NCBI GenBank assembly: GCA_963844885.1
Contig: CAWJQA010000009.1
Coordinates: forward strand, 142,125-206,124
Reading direction: 5' to 3'
Source of the DNA: an uncultured Holophagales bacterium
Lineage (GTDB): Bacteria; Acidobacteriota; Thermoanaerobaculia; Multivoradales; UBA5704
DNA: 64,000 nucleotides
Part shown: in pieces, positions 1 to 11,238 of the stretch
Layout of the letters: the number at the start of each line of letters is the position of its first letter
Numbering within the stretch: position 1 is the stretch's first letter
Translations under genes and position numbers: made by a program
Notes under the pieces: model-generated
Told to the model about the DNA's origin: nothing
Seen by the model: the letters and a program-made list of their open reading frames with translations, nothing else
The model's database searches: none

Positions 1-1
1 G

Positions 2-1240
2 GCCACCGCGGCCGGGGATCTCTCCGCCCGGATCGACCAGGCCGCCCAGGCGGTCGCTCCGGAGGCCGTCGAGATCCGCCACCGCCTCCACCAGAACCCC
101 GAGCTGAGCAACCGGGAGACGGCGACGGCCGCGCTCGTGGCCGACTATCTCAGGAAGATCGGCCTGGAGCCGCGGACCGGCATCGCCAAGACCGGCGTCG
201 TCGCGGTGCTCAAGGGCGGCAAGCCCGGACCGGTGATCGCCGTCCGCGCCGACATGGACGCCCTCCCGGTCACCGAGCAGACCGACTTCCCGTTCGAGTC
301 CACGAAGCGCGACACCTTCCTCGGCCAGGAGGTCGGGGTGGCCCATGCCTGCGGGCACGACATCCACACCTCCGTGCAGCTCGGCGTGGCGTCGGTCCTC
401 GCGTCGATCCGGAAAGACCTCCCCGGGACGGTGATCTTCATCTTCCAGCCGGCCGAGGAGGGTCCGCCGCCGGGCGAGGAGGCGGGTGCGCCGCTGATGC
501 TCGCCGAAGGGGTCTTCCAGGACGCCAAGCCCAAGGCCATCTTCGCCCTGCACTCCTTCCCCGACCTCCCGGTCGGGCAGGTGGGCTACAACTCCGGGCC
601 GACCATGGCGGCGGTGGACCAGTTCGTCATCAAGATCATCGGCAAGCAGGCGCACGGGGCCTATCCCCACCTGAGCGTGGACCCGATCGTCATCGCCTCG
701 CAGGTCGTGCTGGCGCTGCAGACCATCCGGTCGCGCAACCTTCCCGCCATGGAGCCCAGCGTCCTGACCGTGGGCATCTTCCGCGGCGGGGAGCGTTTCA
801 ACATCATCCCCGGCGAGGTCCACCTCGAAGGGACCGTGCGCACCTACAACGAAGAGATTCGCTCGGAAGTCGAGCGCCGCATGCGCGAGATCGTGGACGG
901 GATCACGAAGGCGGGCGGCGGCTCGTTCGAGATGGAGTACAGGAAAAACGCGCCGGCCACGGTCAACGACCCGGCGCTGACCCGGACCTCGGCGGCGCTC
1001 CTGGAGCGCTCGCTGGGGGCCGGCAACGTCAAGGTCGTCGAGCCGTCCATGGCCGGCGAGGACTTCGCCTACTTCGCCGACGAGATCCCCGGGTTCTACT
1101 TCCGGCTGGGCGTCCTCGCGCCGGGGACCAGCTCGGGCGGCCTCCACACCCCGACCTTCCGCGGCGACGACAGCTCGATCGCCGTCGGGATCAAAGCCAT
1201 GTCGCGGCTGCTGGTGGACACCCTGCGCGAGGGGCGCTAA
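2..1240 (+). CDS. M20D-family amidohydrolase (aminoacylase/hippurate-hydrolase-like), 5' end cut by the window edge
   Basis: The frame is open from nt 2 (..IRHRLHQNPELSNRE.. lies upstream of the ORF-track GTG at 137). It has the HACGHD metal-binding motif and full-length colinearity with M20D enzymes. Confidence 0.85.
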   Translation, partial: ATAAGDLSARIDQAAQAVAPEAVEIRHRLHQNPELSNRETATAALVADYLRKIGLEPRTGIAKTGVVAVLKGGKPGPVIAVRADMDALPVTEQTDFPFESTKRDTFLGQEVGVAHACGHDIHTSVQLGVASVLASIRKDLPGTVIFIFQPAEEGPPPGEEAGAPLMLAEGVFQDAKPKAIFALHSFPDLPVGQVGYNSGPTMAAVDQFVIKIIGKQAHGAYPHLSVDPIVIASQVVLALQTIRSRNLPAMEPSVLTVGIFRGGERFNIIPGEVHLEGTVRTYNEEIRSEVERRMREIVDGITKAGGGSFEMEYRKNAPATVNDPALTRTSAALLERSLGAGNVKVVEPSMAGEDFAYFADEIPGFYFRLGVLAPGTSSGGLHTPTFRGDDSSIAVGIKAMSRLLVDTLREGR

Positions 1241-1273
1241 TCATTCATCGATTTCTGGTTCCGAGGTGACGGA

Positions 1274-2902
1274 ATGCAAAACGAAGGGCCGTTCAAAAGC
1301 AGCTTTGGGATTGAAAACCACGGCATCACGGAAGCCGGGACGGTGTACTGGAACCTGCCGCCGGCCCGCCTGCACGAGATGGCCGTCCAGCGCGGCGAGG
1401 GCGTGACCGCCGCCGGCGGGCCGATCGTCTGCCTCACCGGTCCGCACACCGGCCGGTCGCCCGACGACAAGTTCGTGATCTCCGACCCGTCGATCGACGG
1501 CGACATCTGGTGGGGTAATGTCAACCGCAAGTTCGACCGCGAAAAGTTCGAAGGCCTCCTCGCCAAGGCGCGGGAGCACGTGAAGAGCCGCGACCTTTTC
1601 GTTTTCGACGGCTGGGCCGGCGCGGCGGACGCCGATCCCGCCCACCGGATGGCCGTGCGGATCGTCACCGAGAACGCCTGGCACAGCCACTTCGCGCGCA
1701 ACATGTTCGTGCGCGAGGAGGATCCGCGGAAGCTGGCCGCTTTCGAGCCCGAGTTCGTGGTCTGGAACGTCGCCTCGCTGCAGGCCGACCCGGCCACCGA
1801 CGGCACCCGCGGCGGCACCTTCATCCTGCTCGACCTGGCGCGGCGCATGGTCTTGATCGGCGGCACCCAGTACGCCGGTGAGATCAAGAAAAGCATCTTC
1901 AGCGTCATGAATTATTACCTGCCCAAGAAGGGCGTCCTCTCCATGCATTGCAGCGCCAACTACGGCGCCACCAAGGACGACGTTTCCCTCTTCTTCGGCC
2001 TCTCCGGCACCGGCAAGACGACCCTCTCGGCCGATCCGCACCGCACGCTGATCGGCGACGACGAGCACGGCTGGAGCGACCAGGGGGTGTTCAACATCGA
2101 AGGCGGCTGCTACGCGAAAGTGATCCGCCTGAGCCCCGAGGGCGAGCCCGAGATCTACACCACGACCCGCACCTTCGGCACGGTGCTGGAAAACGTGGTC
2201 TGCGATCCCGAGACCCGGGAGCTCGACCTCGACTCCGAGCGCTACACCGAGAACACCCGCGCCAGCTATCCGCTCACCCAGCTCCAGAACGTGGACCTGG
2301 GCGGCATGGCCGGCCATCCGAAAAACATTGTCTTTCTCACCTGCGACGCCTTCGGAGTGCTGCCGCCGATCGCGCGGCTGACCGACGAGCAGGCGATGTA
2401 CCACTTCCTCTCCGGCTACACCGCGAAGGTGGCGGGCACGGAGAAGGGGGTCACGGAGCCGAAGGTCACCTTCAGCACCTGCTTCGGCGCGCCCTTCCTG
2501 CCGCTCCATCCGGCCGTCTACGCCGGCATGCTGGGCGAGAAGCTCAAGAAACACGGCGCCAAGGTCTGGCTGCTCAACACCGGCTGGACCGGCGGCCCGG
2601 TCGGTGTGGGCCAGCGGATCAAGCTCGCCTACACCCGCCGCATGGTCACCGCGGCGCTCTCGGGTGAGCTGGACGGCGTGGACACCTGGACCGATCCGCA
2701 CTTCGGCCTGGCCGTGCCGGTGAAGATCGAGGGCGTGCCCGACCCGGTGCTGCACCCCCGGGAGACCTGGAAGAGCCCCGCGGACTACGACGCCAAGGCG
2801 AGCCAGCTCGCCGAGATGTTCGCCGACAACTTCGAGAAGTACGAAGACCACGTGAGGGACGGCGTCAAGGCCGCCGGCCCCCGCAAGGTCAAGGCGGGCT
2901 GA
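1274..2902 (+). CDS. pckA: Phosphoenolpyruvate carboxykinase (ATP)
   Basis: 542-aa ORF with the GLSGTGKTTLS kinase-1a motif and the typical ATP-PEPCK layout (..LIGDDEHGW.., ..NTGWTGG..). Confidence 0.96.
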   Translation: MQNEGPFKSSFGIENHGITEAGTVYWNLPPARLHEMAVQRGEGVTAAGGPIVCLTGPHTGRSPDDKFVISDPSIDGDIWWGNVNRKFDREKFEGLLAKAREHVKSRDLFVFDGWAGAADADPAHRMAVRIVTENAWHSHFARNMFVREEDPRKLAAFEPEFVVWNVASLQADPATDGTRGGTFILLDLARRMVLIGGTQYAGEIKKSIFSVMNYYLPKKGVLSMHCSANYGATKDDVSLFFGLSGTGKTTLSADPHRTLIGDDEHGWSDQGVFNIEGGCYAKVIRLSPEGEPEIYTTTRTFGTVLENVVCDPETRELDLDSERYTENTRASYPLTQLQNVDLGGMAGHPKNIVFLTCDAFGVLPPIARLTDEQAMYHFLSGYTAKVAGTEKGVTEPKVTFSTCFGAPFLPLHPAVYAGMLGEKLKKHGAKVWLLNTGWTGGPVGVGQRIKLAYTRRMVTAALSGELDGVDTWTDPHFGLAVPVKIEGVPDPVLHPRETWKSPADYDAKASQLAEMFADNFEKYEDHVRDGVKAAGPRKVKAG

Positions 2903-3012
2903 AGCCGCATGCCCAGGTAAGAAAGATGATGTAAGAGATGTAAAGCCTCCTCCTCTCTGGAAATCAACGCCTTGGCCGGCGTTGTTGGACCGGGTGACGA
3001 GGAGGGGGTGAG

Positions 3013-4355
3013 ATGAGCCAGATCGAACAGGGACAAAAATCGGCCGACATCCTGGCCACGCTCGGCATGGACGAGAACGGCCGGAGCCGGACGTGGAAGC
3101 GCAGGATCGTCTGGATCCTGGTCGTGGCCGCGGTGATCGCCGTGGCCGCCTACGTCGTTTGGGGCCGCGGGGGAAAGGAGAGCGGGCCGCGCTACGTCAC
3201 CAACCCGGCGCGGATCGGCGACCTCGTGGAGACCGTCTCCGCCACCGGTACGCTCGCGGCGCTCGACACCGTCCAGGTGGGCTCCGAGACCTCGGGCCGG
3301 ATCCTGGAGGTGCTGGTCGACTTCAACGACCAGGTCCAGAAGGGACAGGTGCTCGCCACGATCGACCCCGAGCAAGCCCGGGCGCGCGCCGACGAGGCCG
3401 CCGCCCAGCTCCAGGCCGCCCGCGCCTCTCTGGCCCGCGCCCAGGCGACCGTGGCGGAGTCCGCCCAGAACCTGGCCCGGCTGCGGAGCCTCCGCGCCTC
3501 CGGTCTGATCTCGGAGCAGGACTTCGACACCGCGCAGGCGACGGCGCAGCGCTCCCAGGCCGACGTCGCTTCGGCGCGCGCCCAGGTCACGGTCGCCCAG
3601 GCCTCGCTCGCCGAAGCGCGCACGAACCTGGGGCGCACCTCGGTCCGCTCGCCCATCTCGGGCATCGTCCTCTCCCGCGCGGTCGAGCCGGGCCAGACGG
3701 TGGCGGCGTCCTTCCAGACGCCCGTGCTGTTCACGATCGCCCGCGACCTCACCGCCATGTCGCTGCACGTCCAGGTGGACGAGGCCGACGTCGGCAAGGT
3801 GAAAGAAGGCCAGCGCTCCACCTTCACCGTGGACGCCTACCCGGACCGCCGGTTCGACGCCCAGCTCGTCTCGCTACGCAACGTGGCGGTCACGGCGCAG
3901 AACGTCGTCACCTATGAAGCCGTGCTCTCCGTGGACAACTCCGATCTGCGGCTCCGTCCGGGGATGACCGCGACCGCCACGATCGTCACCTCCAGGAAAG
4001 AAGGCGTCCTCCTGGTGCCGAACGCCGCGCTCCGGTTCACGCCTCCCGAGGTGACCGCCGCCGGCCAGTCGCGGAGGACGGGCCTGTTCCTGCCCGGCAT
4101 CAGCCGCGGCGGGCCTCCGGGCGGGTCCCGGCAGCGGCAGCAGCAGTCCAACGGAAATACCGGGAACGGGGCGCGGCCGGCGGATCGGCAGGCGGCCGGG
4201 AACGCCACCGTCTGGGTCCTGCGCGACGGCAAGCCGGTCGCCGTCCCGGTGACGTCCGGAGCCACGGACGGCCGCGATACGGTGGTGAGCTCCGCACAGC
4301 TCGAAGCGGGCGACGAGGTCATCGTCGACATCGCGGTCCAGGAGGACAAGGCGTC

Positions 4356-4359
<4 letters not shown>
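3013..4359 (+). CDS. Efflux periplasmic adaptor subunit (HlyD/MacA family)
   Basis: N-terminal TM anchor, a coiled-coil stretch (QAARASLARAQATVAES..) and beta-barrel/lipoyl-like segments. Its stop overlaps the start of the ABC ATPase gene. Confidence 0.85.
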
Positions 4360-5098
<739 letters not shown>

Positions 5099-5099
<1 letters not shown>

Positions 5100-6299
5100 T
5101 GCTCTGGACGACGCTCCTCATGTCGTTGCGGGAGATCCGCCGCAACTCCCTGCGCTCGCTGTTGACGATGCTCGGCGTGATCATCGGCGTCGGCGCGGTC
5201 GTGGTCCTCGTCACCCTTGGCAAAGGGGCGAGCGCCAAGGTGGAGTCCGACATCGCCAAGCTCGGCAACAACCTGCTCATCGTTTCGCCGGGCGCCAGCC
5301 GGCGGGGCTCCTCCTTCAGCACCGCCCGGCCGCTCGAGCGTGGCGACGTCGCCGCCATCGAGCGCGAGGTCACCGGCATCGCCGCCGTCGCGCCGGCCTC
5401 TCAAAAGCAGACGCCGGTGATCTCCGGCAACCGCAACTGGAGCACCTCGGTCGTCGGCACGACCGCCACCTATCTGGAAGTACGCGGCTATCAGGTCGGT
5501 ACGGGCCGGTCGTTCACCGACTCCGAGGCCGCGTCCGGGCGCGCCGTGGTGATCCTGGGCCAGACCGTACGCAAGGAGCTGTTCGGATCGCAAGACCCGA
5601 TCGGTCAACAGGTCCGTGTCTGCCCGCATGCCGGCCGAGGTGATCGGCGTCCTCGCCTCCAAGGGCCAGGCGGCCATGGGAATGGATCAGGACGACGTCG
5701 TCGTGATGCCGCTCGTCACCTACCAGCGCCGCATCGCGGGCAACACCGACATCTCCTCCATCTACGTTTCGGCGGCCAAGGGCCGTTCGACCACCCTCGT
5801 TCAGACCCAGATCGAGGCGCTGCTGCGCCAGCGGCGGCGCCCGGCCGGCGAGGACGACTTCAACGTGCGCGACATGGCGGAGATCGCGGCCACCATGGCG
5901 AGCGCCACCGGAGCACTGACGGCGCTGCTCGGCGCCATCGCCGGCGTGAGCCTGCTGGTGGGCGGCATCGGCATCATGAACATCATGCTCGTCTCCGTGA
6001 CCGAGCGCACCCGGGAGATCGGCATCCGCCTGTCGATCGGAGCGCTGCCGCGCGAGGTTTTGTTGCAGTTCCTCGTCGAGGCGGTCGTCCTGTCGAGCCT
6101 CGGCGGCGCGCTCGGCATCCTCTCGGGGCTCGGCGGAGGCTGGTTCGCGGCCCGCGCCCTGGAGGTACCGTTCCTGGTCGTGCCCCAGATCGTGGTGGTC
6201 GCCTTCCTCTTCTCGGCGGCCGTGGGCGTGATCTTCGGCATCCTGCCTGCCCGCCGGGCCGCCCGGCTGAACCCGATCGAGGCGCTGCGGCACGAGTAG
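5099..6299 (+). pseudogene. ABC transporter permease (MacB-like periplasmic core plus FtsX domain), frame-disrupted as sequenced
   Basis: The N-terminal part (MLWTTLLMSLREIRRN.. to ..DPIGQQVRV) is in the frame of ATG 5099. The C-terminal part ([15 protein letters not shown].. to ..[10 protein letters not shown]) is in the +1 frame from about 5620. One extra base near 5619-5622 joins them. Confidence 0.85.
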
Positions 6300-6332
6300 A
6301 GACCGCGGCACGAGTAGGTACAATCTCTTCCC

Positions 6333-7451
6333 ATGAGCTGCCCGCCGTGGGAACCCCGCTACCGTCTCACACCGGCCATGGCCCGGTCTCTCATGGAAGT
6401 GGGAGCGGCCAGCGCGGTCGTGGAGCACCTGGCCATCCCTCCGGGTGTCCGCGAGGAGCTTCGGCGCCGGGCCCGGGTACGCTCGACGCACTTCTCGACC
6501 CGCATCGAGGGCAACCGTCTCACGCTGGCCGAGGCGGAGGAGGTGGTCGGCGGTGGCGGCGATAGCCGTGTCCGATTCCACGGGCGTGAACGGGATGTGA
6601 CCGAGGTCCGGAACTACTGGAACGCCCTCCTCAAAGTTGAGGAGTGGGCGGCGGGCGGGCGGCCCTTGGACGAGGATCTCATCCAGCGCATTCACGCGCT
6701 CGTGGAGAGGGGAGCCCGCTCGAAACCGAGCTCCTGGCGCGACGGGCAGAACGTGATCCGCGACTCGGAGTCCGGAGCCCTCGTCTACCTGCCGCCCGAG
6801 GCGAAGGACGTGCCTCTCCTGATGTCCGGGCTGGTCGCATGGGTACGGCAGGCGGAGGAGGAGCTGATTCCGGTGCCTATCATCGCCGGCCTGGCCCACT
6901 ACCAGTTCGTGACGATCCATCCGTATTACGACGGGAACGGCCGCACGGCCCGGCTGCTCGCCACCTTCCTTCTCCAGCGCGGAGGTCATGGGCTGCAAGG
7001 ACTCTTCTCTCTGGAAGAGCACCATGCCCGGGATCTTGCTGCCTACTACGGCTCCCTCATGGTCCACCCCCACCACAACTACTACGAAGGCCGGGCCGAG
7101 GCCGATCTGACTCCCTGGCTGGAGTATTTTCTCGACACGCTGGCCGATGTGTTCACGGCCGCGAAAATCGAGGCGCTGCACGCCGCGGAGACCGGGATCT
7201 CCCTGGAGCCGCAAGAGTTGCGCCGGTTGGACCCGCGCGCACGGACGGTGCTCGGCCTGTTCTCGATCCACGAGAGAATCACCGCCCGGCATGTGGCCGC
7301 GGCGCTCGGTCTTTCGGACCGCATGGCGCGCCTCCTGCTCCGGCAATGGGCGGATGAAGGCTGGCTCGAGGTGGCAGACGCCGCCCGCCGGACCCGCTCC
7401 TACGCGTTATCGGCAATTTATCGGCAATTTATCGGTAATCCATCGGCATAG
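6333..7451 (+). CDS. Fic/DOC family protein (AMPylase-type) with a C-terminal winged-helix-like region
   Basis: The Fic motif HPYYDGNGRTARLL matches HxFx(D/E)GNGRxxR. The ORF is 372 aa. Confidence 0.88.
   Translation: MSCPPWEPRYRLTPAMARSLMEVGAASAVVEHLAIPPGVREELRRRARVRSTHFSTRIEGNRLTLAEAEEVVGGGGDSRVRFHGRERDVTEVRNYWNALLKVEEWAAGGRPLDEDLIQRIHALVERGARSKPSSWRDGQNVIRDSESGALVYLPPEAKDVPLLMSGLVAWVRQAEEELIPVPIIAGLAHYQFVTIHPYYDGNGRTARLLATFLLQRGGHGLQGLFSLEEHHARDLAAYYGSLMVHPHHNYYEGRAEADLTPWLEYFLDTLADVFTAAKIEALHAAETGISLEPQELRRLDPRARTVLGLFSIHERITARHVAAALGLSDRMARLLLRQWADEGWLEVADAARRTRSYALSAIYRQFIGNPSA
7407..7450. repeat. Four tandem copies of an 11-bp unit (TTATCGGCAAT x2, TTATCGGTAAT, CCATCGGCATA)
   Basis: Read directly from the sequence. 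It overlaps the last codons and stop of the Fic gene and is AT-rich relative to its surroundings. Confidence 0.9.
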
Positions 7452-7537
7452 ACGACGGCGGTACTGGAGTAGAATCAGGCCGAAGGAGCCCTCCGGAGAC
7501 CTGAAGGAAGCTCCGGCGTATTGATGAGGAGTCTGTC

Positions 7538-8531
7538 ATGGCTGAAGGACGTCTGCTTCGGAAGCTCATCAAGGCCGGTAGCCAGGCTGCTACTGAGGAT
7601 TTCCGTACTGCCGCCGAGGAGCTGATTCGGCTGGAGCGGGAGAAAAAGCATCATCTGCTAGCCAACGACCTGGAGCGCATCCTCTACGGGGAGCGCTCGT
7701 CGTCGTCGCGCCCGATACCCAGAGGGGGCCAGACATCTCCCAAGGATCGGGAGCGCGGCCTCGCTCTGCTCGAATTTCGGGAACCTGTGCGCGATCAGAC
7801 CGACATCGTCCTCTCGGACGAGAACCGGTCTGTTCTGCCAGACTCTCATGGAGCAGAACAGGGGCGAGCTTTTGGCGAGCTACGGCCTGAGACCCATCTC
7901 GCGCCTTCTCTTCTGCGGTCCGCCGGGTTGTGGGAAAACGCTCGCTGCCGAGGTCTTGGCGAGCGAATTGGGCCTCCAGCTAGCGACGGTCAGGTTCGAC
8001 GCGGTCGTGTCCTCCTTTCTGGGTGAGACAGCTTCCAATTTGCGTAAGGTCTTCGATTCTCTCGCGACCCAGAAGGTCGTTGCGCTTTTCGATGAGTTCG
8101 ACGCCATTGGAAAAGAGCGCGAGGATCCGACGGAACACGGCGAGTTGAAGAGAGTTGTGAATTCATTTCTTCAGATGGTGGATGCCTACCGTGGTCCGAG
8201 CCTTCTCGTCGCGGCGACGAACCATGAACGTGTGCTCGACAGGGCCATCTGGCGACGATTTGACGAGGTTCTCTTTTTCGACAAACCCAACCTGGAGCAG
8301 ATCCGCCAGCTCTTGCAGGTGAAGCTCCGTGGTGTGCGCTACGATCTGCCTCTCGCAGACCCGGGTTTTCTCAATCACTTGACGGGGTTCACCCAGGCAG
8401 CGATCGAAAGGGTGCTGATTCGTGCCATCAAGGCGATGGCGCTCAAAGGCCGGCAGTTCCTGACCATTGATCTCGTTTCCGAGGCCCGGGAACGAGAAGA
8501 GCGCCGTACCACCCTCCTGACCAAGCTGTAA
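7538..8531 (+). pseudogene. AAA+ ATPase, IetA-like; one frame disruption as sequenced
   Basis: Walker A GPPGCGKT, Walker B VALFDEFD, sensor-1 LVAATNH and RRFD. The N-terminal domain (7538 frame) joins the ATPase ORF (7848 frame) if one C is removed near 7838 (..ENRSVL/QTLMEQNRGELL..). Confidence 0.8.
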
Positions 8532-8549
8532 ACGGGATGATTCCGTCGA

Positions 8550-10875
8550 ATGCCAGACCCGCTCCATCACCTTCCCTTGCCGCGCCTTGAGCCGGTCAAC
8601 GAACGCCGGACCAAAGGTTCTGGCCCTCGACGCTCTGTACCGGATGACCCGCGCGCTCACGCCCGCAAGCTGAGGAAGGAGCTGGATCAAAGGGTGGAGG
8701 CTGCCGGGAGAGAAACGGGTGCGTTCGATCCGCGCCTCCTGTTGAAACTCGAAGTTGAAGGCATTCAACCTGAAGATCTCGAAGCGATCCCCGGTCTGCA
8801 GTTGGTCAGCCAGGAGGGTAAATCCCTGTTGGTGCTTTTCGCGGATGAACGTGGTCTGATCGAGTTCCGGAGCCGCCTCGACCAGATTGCTGCCGGACGA
8901 AAAGCCGTCCGGCAGGAACGTCCTCTTCGCGATCAAGGGAATCGAGGGTTGGAGTCGGGAGGATCGGCGGGGCCCCGCACTTCGGCGCGAAGGTTTACCG
9001 TGGGTCGAATCCTTCGTTGTCAACGTTGAGCTCTGGCCTCTTGAGCGCCAGCCCGACCGCAAGAGGATGATCGAGTCGTTTCGTCAGTGGTGCGGAGGCC
9101 GAAGCATTTCGATCCTGGACTTGCTGGACCAGGAAACCATCGTCCTATGCCGGATCAAGCTGACCTCCCACGGGTTTGAAAATCTCCTCGAGCACCGGGA
9201 TGTCCGGGAGGTGGATCTTCCTCCTCGTTACCAGCTCGATTTTAGCTTGTTGAGCCTGGACCTGCAATCCATTCCAGAGGTTCTTCCGCCAGGAGACGAT
9301 GCCCCCAGAATTGTCGTCCTGGACAGCGGCCTGGCCACGAATCATCCCCTCGTCGCGCCTGCGGTGGGCGATGCTCAGAGCTTCGTGCCAGGGTTCGGGG
9401 CCGAGGATGAGCACGGCCACGGCACGATGGTTGGAGGGATCGCTCTCTACGGCGATCTCGAAGAAGCCGCTGCCAGTGGAGCATTCTCACCAGTCTTGCG
9501 CCTCTTCAGCGGGCGGATCACCGACAGTGACAATGAGAACAGCACGGATTTTATCGAGCGTTATATCGAGGAGGCGGTCAACTATTTTGTCACGCTCTAT
9601 GGCTGCAAGGTGTTCAACCTTTCGCTGGGCGATGCTCGGCGGCCCTTCGTGGAAGGACATGTTCGTGGTCTCGCCGCGGTTCTCGATTCGCTGGCGCGGC
9701 AATACAGAGTCCTGTTCGTAGTATCGGCAGGGAATTTTGCGGGCAGCGAAGGTTCTCCCGAAAATTGGGGTAAGGAGTACCCCCATTACTTGTTCAATGG
9801 CGAGGCTCGACTCCTCGATCCTGCGCCGGCTCTCAACGTGCTGACGGTAGGTAGCCTTGCGCGCTACGAGGTTCCAAGGATGGCCCAGCGATTCCCGAAT
9901 GATCCTGCCTATCAGGTGATCGCGCGGAGGGACCAGCCCTCTCCCTTTTCTCGATCCGGCCCGGGGCCGAACGGAGCCATCAAGCCGGACGTGGCCGAAT
10001 ATGGCGGAAACCTCTACGTGGATCTTCGCACCGGACAGCGCGATGCTCGGGGACTGAACGAGCTCGGAGAGCTTGGCCTTTCCGGGGGTTCGCCGCTGGC
10101 AAACTCTTCTGTATTGATTCAGGGACGAGCTTCGCGGCTCCGAAAGTGACGCACCTTGCTGGCCGCCTGCTGACCGAGTACCCCGACGCCTCTCCGGATC
10201 TGCTGCGTGCTTTGATCGTCGCCCACAGCAGTCATCCCGAAGCAGCGTTGGATCTCCTGGAAAGGGACGAGAAGAAGATCTACCATTTGCTGGGCTACGG
10301 ACGGCCGGATGGGGAAGCGGCGATCCTTTCCAGCGAGCGGAATGTGACGCTCCTTCGCGAGGACAGCCTTGGTGAGAACGAGCATCACTTCTATGAGATC
10401 CCTCTTCCGGAAGACTTCCTCCGAAAGCCAACCCGCAGAGGTCGCAGGATCACGGTGGCTCTTGCCCATACTCCGCTGGTGCGAAGGACCAGACTCGGGT
10501 ACCGAGCCGGCAGCTTTCAGTTTCGCGTAGTGCGCTACGGGAGCCTGCAAGAAGTCATCAATGTTTTCCGTCGGACCCCTCCAGATCAGCGGGAGGAGAT
10601 GATTCCAGAGGCTGGAAAGTTCCGGCCTACCGCACAAAGCAGGAGCAAGGGAACCGCTCAGGCTGGGACGTGGAATATCCGGCAGGTCGAACTCGCGATG
10701 GCAGGAAAAGAGCTTGTTCCTGGTCGTCACCCGCACGGTTCCTCCCTGGGCAACAGGTCTGGCCACTCACGAGCCGTACGCCGTGGTCGTTGTCATCCAG
10801 GACCGGTCCGCCGAGCAGGTGCGGTACTACACGCAGCTCGCGCAGAAACTCCGGGTGCCGCGCATTCGGCTATAG
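8550..10875 (+). pseudogene. S8 (subtilisin-like) serine peptidase, IetS-like; three frame disruptions as sequenced
   Basis: Catalytic Asp VVLDSG, His HGHGTMVGG, Asn SAGN and Ser GTSFAAPKV. The Ser motif lies in the 10146 frame. Frame switches are near 8900 (A run), 10085 (G run) and 10695. The true C-terminus ..EPYAVVVVIQDRSAEQVRYYTQLAQKLRVPRIRL ends at TAG 10873-10875. Confidence 0.8.
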
Positions 10876-10926
10876 CCGGTTGTCTTCCCGAAGCAGCACG
10901 TGTCTGATCGGAGGGAGGAGCCCGTC

Positions 10927-11238
10927 ATGAAGAGAATCCTGTCCGCCTTGGCTCTTGTGTCCTCGCCGGCCGGCGAGGATTTCTGGGGGGCGCTTTGGAA
11001 ACCGGCCGAAAAGACCGGACCGGGGCCGATGAGCGAGGCGCTCCGGACCGGCCGCGCCGTCGAACGCGGCGGCACGCTTTACGCCGTGTCCGAGGGCCGG
11101 CTCCTCCACTACACGGCGGACGGCAAGCTTCTGGGCGAGGTGAAGCACGCGTCGGCCCTGGCGGTCACGGACGGCGATCAGGTGCTGGCGGCCGTGGGCA
11201 CTGAGGTGGTCGAGCTACCCGCCGGCGGTACGCTGTGA
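10927..11238 (+). CDS. Hypothetical small protein
   Basis: ATG 10927 is preceded by GGAGGGAGGAG. The stop overlaps the start of the next gene (GTGA). I recognise no family. Confidence 0.5.
   Translation: MKRILSALALVSSPAGEDFWGALWKPAEKTGPGPMSEALRTGRAVERGGTLYAVSEGRLLHYTADGKLLGEVKHASALAVTDGDQVLAAVGTEVVELPAGGTL

Noticed and set aside
1241-2851. 536-aa minus-strand ORF antisense to pckA. Similar long shadow ORFs occur at 5514-7346(-), 26841-29105(+), 33841-35643(+), 35863-37743(+), 40214-43477(+), 46318-48708(+), 49754-52015(+), 53549-55009(+) and 56628-58211(-).
   Set aside because: Their Arg/Gly/Pro/Ala-rich composition is typical of out-of-frame or antisense reading of high-GC genes. Each overlaps a gene with clear family motifs on the other strand or in another frame.
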